This document shows, in pieces, positions 40,494-50,422 of a stretch of 64,000 nucleotides of DNA (within the stretch, counting starts at the first letter, position 1; every line of letters starts with the position of its first letter). A model generated the notes under the pieces. It saw only the letters and a list, made by a program, of their open reading frames with translations, had not been told where the DNA came from and did not search any database. Made by a program: the position numbers and the translations under genes. The DNA is from an uncultured Planctomycetaceae bacterium (GTDB lineage: Bacteria; Planctomycetota; Planctomycetia; Isosphaerales; Isosphaeraceae): assembly GCA_963833985.1 (NCBI GenBank), contig CAWIAD010000002.1:5760001-5824000 (forward strand), in the 5' to 3' direction.

Positions 40494-43097
40494 ATGACGA
40501 TGTTTCTTGGTTCGATTCTGGCGACAGCGCTTGTCGTACAAGCTGAAGGCTCGAATCTCCCGGGCAAGATCGTCGACGACCAGGGCAAGCCGGTCGAGGG
40601 GACCCAGGTTATCTTCTTCATTCCCCGGCCCTGGATTGGGAATGGGGAGACGGTGGAGCTGGAGACGAAGACGAACGCGCAGGGTGAATTTCACCTCATC
40701 CTGTCGAGATTGCAGCGTGCCGCTCCCTTTCGACTGTGGGCGTATCGTCCGGGCTGGGCCGTCGCGACGATTGAGAGCCGCTCGTCGCAGTTTAGCGTGG
40801 TCTTGCACAGGGCTCAGCCGAGAACTGTCAAGGTCGAAGGACCCGACGGCCACCCCATAGCGGGTGCGAGACTGTCTCCCCTCTTCCTCGACAACGCCGG
40901 CCGACGTACTCGGGACGAACTCCCCAGGACGTTGGCTAACCAGCTTGCGGTTACCACGGGGTCGGACGGACAGGCGACGCTGAATTACCTGGCTTTCGGC
41001 GTCAAGCTCGTCACCGTGCGTCTTACGACCGCCACGATCGGGACGCAGGACTTGCAATTGCTCCGCAATCCAGCCCGCGAGAACCAGGGAGCGACGGTCG
41101 ACGTTCGCCTCGGGGCAACGAAGCGGTTGGCTGGACGCGTCCGAAATCGATCGGGGCAGCCCGTCGCGGGACAGGAGGTTGAGGTCTGGTCCGGCTCAAG
41201 CGACTGGCTTCGGACGGAGCCCCTTGTTTTCCAGAATGGGCCTGTCCGGACGGCAGCCGACGGCTCGTTCCAGACGCCGGAGAGCCTCCTGGTCGGCTCG
41301 GTATACATGGCGGTTGTGCGAACACCTGGTTTTGAGACGGTTTTTTCTAAATATGTCAAGATCGGCGACCAGATGCCGCCTCTACTGCCGCTTCTTCAGA
41401 GGCCACTGCGGACGATACGCGGACGGGTCACCGACCGACAGGGCACGCCGTTGGCCGGCGTCGAGGTCTTCCAGTCGGGCGACGGGCCGGTGCGGACGAC
41501 GACGCGCACGCAGGCGGACGGCCGGTTCATTCTGGGTGGCTTCCGCGATGGGTCCGTCTTTCTCTTCGCGCGGCGTGAGGGTTTTCGCTTTTTCGGCAGG
41601 CTGACCCAGGCCGGCGAAGAAGAAGTTGCGGTGCAGATGATTCGCATCGGCGAGTTTCCGGCCCCAGCGCTGCGCACCTTGCCTGAGCCGATTCCACGGG
41701 ACGAGGCTCTGTCGCTGACCCGGCGATTGATCCAGCCGTGCTGGGACGCGGCTGTGGCTCAGAAAGATCAGGAAGCCGCCTTTGATGTGCTGACGACCCT
41801 CGCGCCCGCCGATCCTGTAGACGTATTGCAGAAGCTCGAGACCGAGGATGTCGTGAACCCAGCCAGAGTCCCCACCATCAAGCGGTTGGTGGCGCGGGCT
41901 TTGGTCCGGAAAGATCCGTCTGGGGCCGAGAAGCTGGCGGAATCGCTGGATTCACCGATGACGCGCGGCGCAGCACTCTGGGACATTGCTGCTGCGCTGC
42001 CGGAAGATGCTCGGGATCGCAAGCTCGCCTTATTTGAGCGCGCCGCACTTGAAGCCAAGGCCGGGAAGTCTCCCCTCTCTGTGGCGACTGCTGCCCATAG
42101 CTTGTATGACTTGGGGGAGAAGAAGAAGGCCAGGGCTCTGGTCGCCGAGAATGTTGATGCCAGCAAGGTCGCCCCCGAGCGGCGCACACTTCTCGGATAC
42201 GAACTCGCACGCGTCGAACCCGCGGTGGCCCTGAGCATCGCAAGGGAGCTGGCCGCCAACTATCGGCAAGACGCTAACGGGATTCTGTGGAACGTTGCCA
42301 TCGGTTTGGCGGAGGACAACCCCACCGAAGCCGAGCGCGTGCTGAGAATGGTCCCCCAGGCAGAAGGACAAAGCTGGATGCATCCGGCGCTCGCCTGGAA
42401 GCTTGCCAGGAGCGACCCTGCACGTGCCCGAAGGCTCGTTGACGAGTCCCAGCACTACGAAGATTCCCCGCAAACGTATCTTTATCTCGCCTGCGGGCTC
42501 AAGGGACACGACCCAGCAGCCGCGGACGTAGCGTTCTGGAAAGGGATCAGTGAGATCGACAGACAGTTGGAGAAAGGGGTGCGGTCCTTCGGAATAGGAA
42601 TAGAGCGATCGCAGACTTTCCTTATACAGGTAAAGGGGAGCCTGGCAGTGTTCTTGCCCCTGGTGGAGCACATCGACCCGACCCTCGTCCCCGAGATCTT
42701 CTGGCGCGCCCTGGCCGCGCGACCTCCGGTTGACACGCCGCTCTGGCTAGACCCCCCCTCGCTCGGTCGACTAGCCGAACTTCTGGCCTGGTACGACCGC
42801 GGGGCTGCTGCGACCCTGCTCGAGTCCGATCGTCTTGTACGGGAGCAGACCGGCGTCCCGCTCATGAGTCTAAGGTTGAGCGAATTTCGCGGCCGGGTGC
42901 TGTGGGATCCCCGCGCCGTCGTGGCAGACATCGAGCAACTGAATGCCGCGAATGACGCGGAGGCCAGGGTCATCCTTACTCTGAGGAGACTGGTCGGCAC
43001 GACGCTAAGCCGTTCCTACGAGGATCAGTGGCATCTCGTTTGGCGTCTCTATGGCTATGGACAATTGAAAGACCCGCTCGTCAGCAGTGTCTGGTAG
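40494..43097 (+). CDS. Secreted protein with several carboxypeptidase-regulatory-like (transthyretin-fold) domains and a helical-repeat C-terminus
   Basis: GGAG RBS, signal peptide; repeated G.V.D..G.P+.G..V and T..DG.F motifs. Confidence 0.85.
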   Translation: MTMFLGSILATALVVQAEGSNLPGKIVDDQGKPVEGTQVIFFIPRPWIGNGETVELETKTNAQGEFHLILSRLQRAAPFRLWAYRPGWAVATIESRSSQFSVVLHRAQPRTVKVEGPDGHPIAGARLSPLFLDNAGRRTRDELPRTLANQLAVTTGSDGQATLNYLAFGVKLVTVRLTTATIGTQDLQLLRNPARENQGATVDVRLGATKRLAGRVRNRSGQPVAGQEVEVWSGSSDWLRTEPLVFQNGPVRTAADGSFQTPESLLVGSVYMAVVRTPGFETVFSKYVKIGDQMPPLLPLLQRPLRTIRGRVTDRQGTPLAGVEVFQSGDGPVRTTTRTQADGRFILGGFRDGSVFLFARREGFRFFGRLTQAGEEEVAVQMIRIGEFPAPALRTLPEPIPRDEALSLTRRLIQPCWDAAVAQKDQEAAFDVLTTLAPADPVDVLQKLETEDVVNPARVPTIKRLVARALVRKDPSGAEKLAESLDSPMTRGAALWDIAAALPEDARDRKLALFERAALEAKAGKSPLSVATAAHSLYDLGEKKKARALVAENVDASKVAPERRTLLGYELARVEPAVALSIARELAANYRQDANGILWNVAIGLAEDNPTEAERVLRMVPQAEGQSWMHPALAWKLARSDPARARRLVDESQHYEDSPQTYLYLACGLKGHDPAAADVAFWKGISEIDRQLEKGVRSFGIGIERSQTFLIQVKGSLAVFLPLVEHIDPTLVPEIFWRALAARPPVDTPLWLDPPSLGRLAELLAWYDRGAAATLLESDRLVREQTGVPLMSLRLSEFRGRVLWDPRAVVADIEQLNAANDAEARVILTLRRLVGTTLSRSYEDQWHLVWRLYGYGQLKDPLVSSVW

Positions 43098-43135
43098 GCT
43101 CTGGGTGCGATCATGGGGGTTCTACCGTCACCCAG
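43094..43135 (+). repeat. GTAG-footed REP-like hairpin
   Basis: GTAG 43094-43097, then CTGGGTG (43101-43107) ... CACCCAG (43129-43135), a perfect 7-bp stem. Confidence 0.5.
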
Positions 43136-43250
43136 GAAACGCAATTCATGAAATATTGCTGAATTGTTGAGAGATTCCTCCTCAAGCACTGGTTCGGCAA
43201 CCTGGCGAAACCACTGATCCGGACGCCAGCCCTGGCAGGAGGCCCGGACC

Positions 43251-43700
43251 ATGAGACATCCCTGGGTGCAATCCACGGTGCGGTTGGGGCTGTTCGCGAT
43301 CTTCGTTGTCGGCGTTGCGCTGGGCACCTGGGTGATCACGATGCGCCGTGCTGCGCCGTTTGGCGAGCGCGTCCGACATCACGCCGAGGAGATTTTCGGG
43401 ATCGAGGATGAGATCTCCCCCGACCCAAGTTGGGAAGAAGGCCGTTCGGCGTGAAGGTCAGCCCCGATCAGCTCTCGAAGATTGTCATGAAGAACGACTC
43501 GCCGGATATCAGGGTCGGGGACCTGTACGATCACATCTGTGGTGCGGTCACGCGGTCTGGCCTCCTGGATCCCACGCTGGACGCAGGCGCTCCCTCGCCG
43601 ACCTTCCAGCGCGAAATCTCAACGCCCTGGGTGTCGATCCTGAAGAGGTCAAGAAAGACAAGGGGCTGATCCATGATCCTGGAGCCTGGCGGCGGTATCA
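43251..43700 (+). pseudogene. Fragmented membrane-anchored hypothetical protein
   Basis: GGAGG RBS; MRHPWVQSTVRLGLFAIFVVGVALG N-terminus; protein-like continuations in ORFs 43430..43669 and 43348..43812. Confidence 0.4.
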
Positions 43701-43890
43701 GGTGAATGTCCGCGTTCAGCAGGTCGGCGGGAAACATCGTAGAAAAGGGAGCGGGCCATGTCAGCTTGCCGATTCGAGGTTTGATGGCGGGTTCCAGCAA
43801 GGTGACCGGTGAGAGCCAGCGCTCGTTCGCCGTATCTTCGATGGCCGTTCTCGCTGTCTGGCTCAAGTGGGGGTCATTGGCGAGGAACCA
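43690..43890 (-). pseudogene. Truncated PIN-domain (VapC) toxin remnant
   Basis: WFLANDPHLSQTARTAIEDTANERWLSPVTLLEPAIKPRIGKL matches the VapC core; the N-terminal LLDTH and C-terminal HRDPFDR motifs and an antitoxin are absent. Confidence 0.7.
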
Positions 43891-44029
43891 GCAAGCAGCA
43901 GGCAAACTCGGTCGGCTGAGTTTCCCTGGGGTCGACCTTCCCGCGTGACGACCGCACGATTCACGTCCGGCTACGGTCGTTTGGCTCGGTGCTTTTGCAC
44001 TCGCTGGAGAAGCTGGCGGAGTATTGAGG

Positions 44030-46798
44030 TCAATCCTTGCGGTCAACCAGTCTCTGGATCTGCCCGGCAAGCTCTCTCTTGAATGCTTCGTTGAGCGCCT
44101 CTTCTGTTCGCGCCCGGTTCGGTTCGGGTTTCCCGTTCTGTTCGGCGGGTGCAAGTTTGGGGGTCCACCCCCGGGGATCGCCGCGGAAGGCGACCTTCCC
44201 GTCCTTGTCGATGCCGACCACGAGGGGGAAGGTGCCGACGCCATATTGCCGGGCGGTGGCGCCGATCTCTAGCACGTTGCTGGTCTGCCGCTCGAGGTCC
44301 ATTGCCCAGAGCAGCGGCGCCCGTTTGAATTCGAGAACCCTGCGAACCAGCTTCTCGTCCTCTCCCGGTCCGTGGATCGCAAGGAAGAAGACACCGCGCG
44401 GTTCGAATTGATTCCGGAGCTGGGCAAGAACGGAAAGATGGCTCACCGAAAGCGCGTTGGAGACGTTCCAGAAGTAGAGCACAACCATGCGGCCACGCTG
44501 CTCGGCGAGGGTTCGCAGCCGGCCGTCCGACGAAGCGGCAAACAGCCATTCCGGGGCAGGCTGGCCAATGGGAACAGGTTGCAAAACACCTTGCGCGGCA
44601 ATGGCTTGATTGGGCTCAGGCCGCGCGGGGAGCTTGATCTGAACTTCCTCCGGCGAGCCGTCGGCCACGAAGACGCGTTCGGCATGCAGGTTTCCGAACT
44701 GGACGAACAGCCTCACCGGCCCGGCGCGGAGGTTTCGGCACGCGAATCGCCCTCTCTCATCCGACCGGGTGCGGTCCTCCCACGCGCTTCCCAGCGCCAG
44801 GCAGGAGGGACTGATCAGGGCCCCGGCGACCGGGCGGCCCTGGTGATCCACGACCATGCCTTTGAGCCTCCACGCCCGGATAGAGGCAAATCGGCTCCAT
44901 GCTCAAAGGATTGTTCGTCTCCTTCGGGTCGAAGCGCGCTTCCTGCGACGTGGCTCTGGAGAAACCCTCCTTGGTGGCAATGACCACCTGGTTTGGCACA
45001 CCTCCGTCAAGAAGGTGACGCGGGACGGACAGCAGGTCGTAGCGGCCCTGCGCATCCGTGATCCATTGCCCGTGATCCCCTAGCCAAAGCTGGGGGCCAG
45101 TCCGCAGGGCAACCTTCGCGCCAACGACCGGCCTTCCCAGATCGTCCACAACGTGGCCGACGATCTCGCCCTCGTCGCCGGGACCCGGCTTGGGCAGGTC
45201 GATCCGAATGACCAGCTTACCCTGCTCCTTGACCGGCTCGACGAAGGCGGGCGCGTGAAGCGTGGCCGATCTTCCGGCTGAGTCGGTCAGCCGGAAACGT
45301 CGAGTTGCTCCGGGTACCGTTGAGATTTCATTGAGCGCATCGGGGCGAAATCCGGGCGCTGATTCCAGCGATATGAGAAAACCTCCGGGAGCGTGTGGTG
45401 ATTCCTTGACCGAGATGTCAAATCGGCCGCCTTCACTCGGGAGCGTGAGAAGGGCCAGCCCCTCACGGTCCGCCTCCGCACGGCAGTAACCCACCGACCA
45501 GATCGTGGCTCTTGACGACACCGGCTTCGCCGCTTTGAAGACGCGAAAGTTCCAGACCGTGCCCGGTCGGAGTACGAAATCCTTCCGAACTGAGCGGTTG
45601 TCAGGGCCGAGTGCCACTTCTTCCACTGTGTCGGACCGTGGCAACAAGTAGCCAGGAGGGGGATATCGCAGAATGAGCATGGACGTGCCGGCAGGAACAT
45701 CAAGAGCGAATTCGCCATCGGGACCGGTCGTCAACTCGGGTACCGTCCACGGCCCGGATAACCTGTCGAACAGAGGCGTCGCAAGCTCCTTTTGCAGGAA
45801 CTCAAGCCTCGCTCCCGGTATCGGCTGCCCCGTCCCGTCGACCCGAACCGAGCCCGTCAGGCGGTAGGTCGTTTGAGGCTTTGCTGGCTCTTGCGGCTTT
45901 CCCTGGGAATTCGCTGAAACGAGCCGAGCCGTGAGAATCGGTTGCGCCTTGCCATGCTGTCCCGCGGCCAGCAGGTGCAGGCCCCAGTAGCCGGAGCCGA
46001 CGCCGAGCGCCAGAAGGACCGCGGCCGCTTTCAATCGGCGGAGAAACATCGATCGGATCACCCCCCGCGCCAGCGTGGCGGCTGCATCGCCCGTGACGAA
46101 GCCGGAGGCAATCTCCAACGTCGAGTGAACCAGCGCGGCGGGAACGGCCGTCTGTGCCTGGCTTACCTCGCCGGCGAGCCTGAGACCTGGCGAGACCGCG
46201 GCTCCACGGCGGACCAGCCCCCTGCGCAGCCGCTCGCGTGCCCGGGCCAGCCGGCCGCGCACGGCTCCCTCCGAGAGTCCGAGCCGGAACGCTGCTTCCT
46301 GGTAGCTCAAACCCTCGAGGTAGCAAAGGGTGATCGCTGCTCGCAAGTGCTCGGGAAGCCGGGCAGTTTCCTCCTGGAGGATCGTGACCTCCTCGTGATC
46401 TTGATCTTCGGCCGGATCAGCTCTCTCCTGCCTCAGAGATGCCACCGCCCGATCTCCGGTGTGCCAGCGCCGCTGCGCAGCCTGGCATGCGAGGCCACCC
46501 GCTGGGCCACGCCGAAGAGCCAGCTTGCCAGCGAGTTGTGGCGGCGGATCGACCCCGCCTGCCGTACCAGGACGAGGAACGCAGCCTGGAAGGCGTCCTC
46601 GGCGTCGTGCGGATCGCTCAGCACGCCGCGGCAGACGCGCAGCACCATCGGCCCGTGCCGGCTCATGAGTTCCTCGAAAGCGGCCTCCGCCCCCTCGTCG
46701 CGCCGGACCAGAAAGCGTTCCAGGAGCTGCGCATCGCTCATCGATCCAGTCGTGCCCAGGGTAAACAGCCCCTGCACCAGACGACTTGCCCTGGCCAT
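44030..46798 (-). CDS. ECF sigma factor with long C-terminal extension (TM helix, carboxypeptidase-regulatory-like domains, thioredoxin-fold domain); frameshifts near 46474 and 44870
   Basis: SDAQLLERF, RHGPMVLRVCR, DAEDAFQA.FLVL, SLASWLFGVA (sigma2); LCYLEGLSYQEAA..LG...G.VRGRLARAR (sigma4); TM helix; PAPEW...GRMVVLYFW...YGV..FP..IDKDGKV (TlpA/AhpC-TSA fold). Confidence 0.88.
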
Positions 46799-47403
46799 GT
46801 TTCCCGCCCCCTCACCAAGCCCTGCCCGATCACACATCGCCTCAGTGTAGTGTCGGGGTCGGGCAGTTTCCTCACGGTGATTCCTGGGGAAAGCTCTGGC
46901 GACTGGGAATGGAACCGGATCATCTCCGAGCGGCTCGCCTCTCGTGATTCAGATCCCGTCTCATGTTTCGCAAATAATCCGCGTGGTTCATCACACCGTG
47001 CCGTAAACTGTGCTTGAGGGGAACTCTTGTTTCGGGGTTTTCGGACAGACTGTTCCTTGACAATGCGGTTTCGGAGCAAGATCCCAAGATCCAGGGACCG
47101 CGTCACGGACGGCGCGGCCCGAGGGAGGGATGCGACCGTTTGACCAGAGGGAAGGGTGGTATCGGGTGTGATGGCTCAGCAACGCGGTCCATACCGCTCG
47201 CGCCGGCCCCATCCCGCTGAAAAGCTTGTTAACGGCGCGAACGAAGCCAATGGCTTGCGTGCTGGAACTTCTGAATTTTTAATGGTTTATGGGGAAATTG
47301 GCATTGGAATCGCCTGCGGAACGAACCCATTTTGGGCGAGTAGTCCTGTCACTCGCAAGGGACGGTCAGCGTCATTGCCTTTCCGGTCTTGGGGGTTCTC
47401 AGT

Positions 47404-48111
47404 ATGCGAGAGCGGCAAGCCAGAGCCTCCCTGGCCGATCCGGCGGCAAAACAACCGTTCGACATCGACGACGTCTTCAGGCGGTTGCGGCAGGCGGTCG
47501 AGGGACTGCCCAAGGCGGCGATGTTCGAGTTGCGGGATCGCGGGTTCGGGACGCCGTTCGAGCAACTCGTGGGCAGCCTGATCTCGGCACGGACCCGCGA
47601 TGAGACGACGCTTGCGGTTTGCCTCCAGCTCTTCACGCAGGCGCGGACGCCCGCGCAGATGGTGGGGCTGGGCGAGGAACGCCTATCGAAGTTGCTGCAC
47701 GGCGCCAGCTTTCCCGAGCCCAAGGCGCGGGACATCATCGCCATCGCACGCAAGATCGAGGCGGAGTACGGCGGCCGCGTGCCGGACACGCTCGAAGAGC
47801 TGACCGCGCTGCGAGGCATCGGCCCGAAGATCGCCGCCCTGACGCTGGCGGTGGGGTTTGGCAAGCCCTTCATCGCGGTGGACACCCATGTGCACCGGGT
47901 GACCAACCGTTGGGGCTACGTGGCCACGCGCACACCGCAGCAAACCATGACGGCACTCGCGGCCAGGCTTCCCGAGCGTTACTGGATCGAGATCAACGAG
48001 CGGCTGGTGCCGTTCGGCAAGTGGATCTGCACCGGCGGCGCAGCTCCGCGGTGCTCCACGTGCCTGCTCCTTTCCATGTGCCGCCAGGTGGGGGTGGAGA
48101 GACAGCGATGA
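47404..48111 (+). CDS. nth: Endonuclease III (HhH-GPD DNA glycosylase/AP lyase)
   Basis: LISARTRD, L.GIGPKIA HhH, VDTHVHRVTNRWG, C-terminal 4Fe-4S cysteine cluster. Confidence 0.92.
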   Translation: MRERQARASLADPAAKQPFDIDDVFRRLRQAVEGLPKAAMFELRDRGFGTPFEQLVGSLISARTRDETTLAVCLQLFTQARTPAQMVGLGEERLSKLLHGASFPEPKARDIIAIARKIEAEYGGRVPDTLEELTALRGIGPKIAALTLAVGFGKPFIAVDTHVHRVTNRWGYVATRTPQQTMTALAARLPERYWIEINERLVPFGKWICTGGAAPRCSTCLLLSMCRQVGVERQR

Positions 48112-48144
48112 AAGCTGGACCAGCCGTCCGCATGAAATGCTCGC

Positions 48145-48183
48145 TTGTCTGTTCAGTCTGACCGTGATAGCATTTTGACATCA
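48145..48183 (+). promoter_or_regulatory. sigma70 promoter with overlapping antitoxin operator
   Basis: TTGTCT (48145-48150)-N17-TAGCAT (48168-48173) with extended -10 TG; imperfect palindrome TGATAGCA-TTT-TGACATCA (48165-48183). Confidence 0.7.
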
Positions 48184-48214
48184 GAGGCAACTGAACGACG
48201 ATCTGGAGACCGCC

Positions 48215-48448
48215 ATGGGTCAGATCCTTGTGCGAGGTTTAGGCGATGACGTGATCGGTCGGCTGAAGAAGCGGGCTGACTTGAATCATCGCTCGCTGGA
48301 ATCGGAGCTACGAGATATCCTGGAGCAAGTATCCAAACAACTGGATATAACGGTCGCAGCCGATCTCGCTGATCGGATTCGAAGCAAGCTCGAGGGCCGG
48401 ACTCATAGTGATAGTGCCGCTTTGATCCGCGAGGATCGCGATCGATGA
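48215..48448 (+). CDS. FitA-like ribbon-helix-helix antitoxin
   Basis: GGAG RBS; MGQILVRGL.DDV..RLK.RA....RSLE.ELRDILE; DSAALIREDRDR; ATGA overlap with the toxin gene. Confidence 0.92.
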   Translation: MGQILVRGLGDDVIGRLKKRADLNHRSLESELRDILEQVSKQLDITVAADLADRIRSKLEGRTHSDSAALIREDRDR

Positions 48449-48903
48449 TCGGCCCGGCCGCACAATCATCGAACACGTTCATGGATGTCGTTATCGACGC
48501 AAGTGTTGGTGTCAAGTGGTTCATCCCGGAAGTCCACTCCGCGGACGCCCGGCGCTTTCTCGTGCCTCGCTTTCGCCGCCATGTTCCGGTGCTGTTCCTG
48601 ACCGAGGTTGGACAAGTTCTCTGGAAGAAGTTCCATCAGCGTGGCGAGCTATCGGCCGACGAAGGGAGGGGTATTCTTCGCCTGCTCCCGTTCATCACAC
48701 TCGAGATGCACCCTGTGGCCCCCCTCCTGGAGCCCGCCTTCGAGATCGCTCTGGCCACGGGACGAACCCTGTATGACAGCGTTTACCTTGCCCTCAGCAC
48801 GGCGCTGAGATGCAAGCTGGTCACCGCGGATCGAAGGCTGTTCAATGCGCTGCAAGGTAGTGCATTCGCCGATGACATCATCTGGATCGAGACCTCAATC
48901 TGA
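48445..48903 (+). CDS. vapC: Type II toxin-antitoxin system VapC (PIN domain) toxin
   Basis: VIDASVGVKWF..E, LYDSVYLAL, LVTADRRL; alternative start ATG 48481. Confidence 0.92.
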   Translation: MIGPAAQSSNTFMDVVIDASVGVKWFIPEVHSADARRFLVPRFRRHVPVLFLTEVGQVLWKKFHQRGELSADEGRGILRLLPFITLEMHPVAPLLEPAFEIALATGRTLYDSVYLALSTALRCKLVTADRRLFNALQGSAFADDIIWIETSI

Positions 48904-48914
48904 CCGCCGGAGGA

Positions 48915-50356
48915 TCACGCCAGGATGTCGCGCACGACGTCGCCTTCCACGTCGGTCAGCCGGAAGTCGCGGCCGGCGTAGCGGTACGTGAGCTTGGTGT
49001 GGTCGAAGCCCAGCAAGTGCAGGATGGTCGCGTGCAGGTCGTGGACGTGCACGGGCTTCTCGATGGCCTTGTAGCCGAATTCATCGGTGGCACCGTGGAT
49101 GTGGCCGCCCTTGACCCCGCCGCCGGCGAGCCAGACCGAGAAGCCCCAGTGGTTGTGGTCGCGTCCCATGCTCGGCTTGCCGCCGGCCAGCTCGACCGAC
49201 GGCGTGCGGCCGAATTCGCCCCCGCAGAGGATGAGCGTCTCCTCGAACAGCCCGCGCTGCTTGAGATCGGTCAAGAGGGCCGCGATCGCCTGGTCGCACT
49301 GCTGCCCCAGCGAGCGGTGGGCGCCGGCGATGTTGTCGTGGCTGTCCCAGGGCTGGACATCGCCGTGGAAGAGCTGGACGAAGCGAACTCCGCGCTCGAT
49401 CAACCGGCGGGCGATGAGCAGTTGCCTCGCCTGCACTCCGGGGCCGTACATCGCGCGGATGTGTTCTGGCTCCTGTTCGACATCGAAGGCGTCGGTGGCC
49501 GTCATCTGCATCCGGTAAGCCAGCTCGAAGCTGGCGATCCGGGCCTCGAGATTATCGTCCTCGGAGCGGGTCTGCTGGTGGCGCCGGTTGAGCTCGGCCA
49601 GCAGATCGAGCTGGCGTCTCTGGTCTCGCTTCGAGAGGACCGGGTTGCGAATGTTCTCGATGAGGTCCTCGGCCTTCTCCTTCCGGGTGTCGATGTAGGT
49701 ACCCTGGTAGATGCCCGGCAGGAAAGCCGACCTCCAGTTGGAAACGTCGGCCACCGGCAGGCCGGGGCAGAGCGTGATGTAGCCGGGCAGGTTCTCGTTT
49801 TCCGTGCCCATGCCGTAGGTGAGCCAGGCACCCATGCTGGGCGCGAGAGCCGCTCGTCGCCGCAGTTCATGAGCCGCATCGACTGCTCATGGTTGGGCGT
49901 GTTCGCGTGCATCGAGCGGATGACGCAGAGGTCGTCGGCATGCTCGGCCGTGCGGGCGAAGATCTCGCTGACCGGGATGCCGCTTTCCCCGTACTGTCGA
50001 AACCGGAACGGCGACGGCAGCGCAAAACCGGTCTTCCGCTCCGTGGAAAGATTCCCCTGCGGCAGCATCTTGCCTTCGTGCTTCTTGAGCAGGGGCTTGG
50101 GGTCGAAGGTGTCCACCTGGGACGGGCCGCCGTTCAGGTAAATATGAATGACATGTTTGGCCCTGGCCGGGAAATGGGGTGCTTTCGGGGCCAGGGGGCC
50201 GTTTGCATGCGAAGTCGGAGTTGCGGCCTCGGCGTCCGCCAGTCCCAGCAACCCGGCATCCTGGAGCAGACCAACCAGTCCCAGCATGCCGAGGCCCGTT
50301 CCTGTCTGGCAAAGTGCCTGGCGACGGGTCATGAGGTTCTTCTCGTTACAGTTCAT
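48915..50356 (-). CDS. DUF1501 domain protein (Tat-exported, sulfatase-like fold); frameshift near 49840
   Basis: TRRQAL signal; GGPSQVDTFDPKP; one C restores RPSMGAWLTYG; ERGVRFVQ, WDSH, GEFGRTP, GRDH, HDLHATILHLLG. Confidence 0.93.
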
Positions 50357-50422
50357 GGCTTGAGCCCTCGCATGGCAGATGGCAATGGAATGTCAATTCC
50401 GCTCAGCACTCGCCATTTGCTG

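Noticed and set aside
38512..43135. Classical integron attC cassette array
   Set aside because: No RYYYAAC/GTTRRRY cores at the hairpin bases and no integrase in the window; kept only as REP-like elements.
47051..47063. boxA-like TGTTCCTTGACAA / TTGACA suggesting an rRNA leader or strong promoter
   Set aside because: No rRNA follows and there is no properly spaced -10 element.
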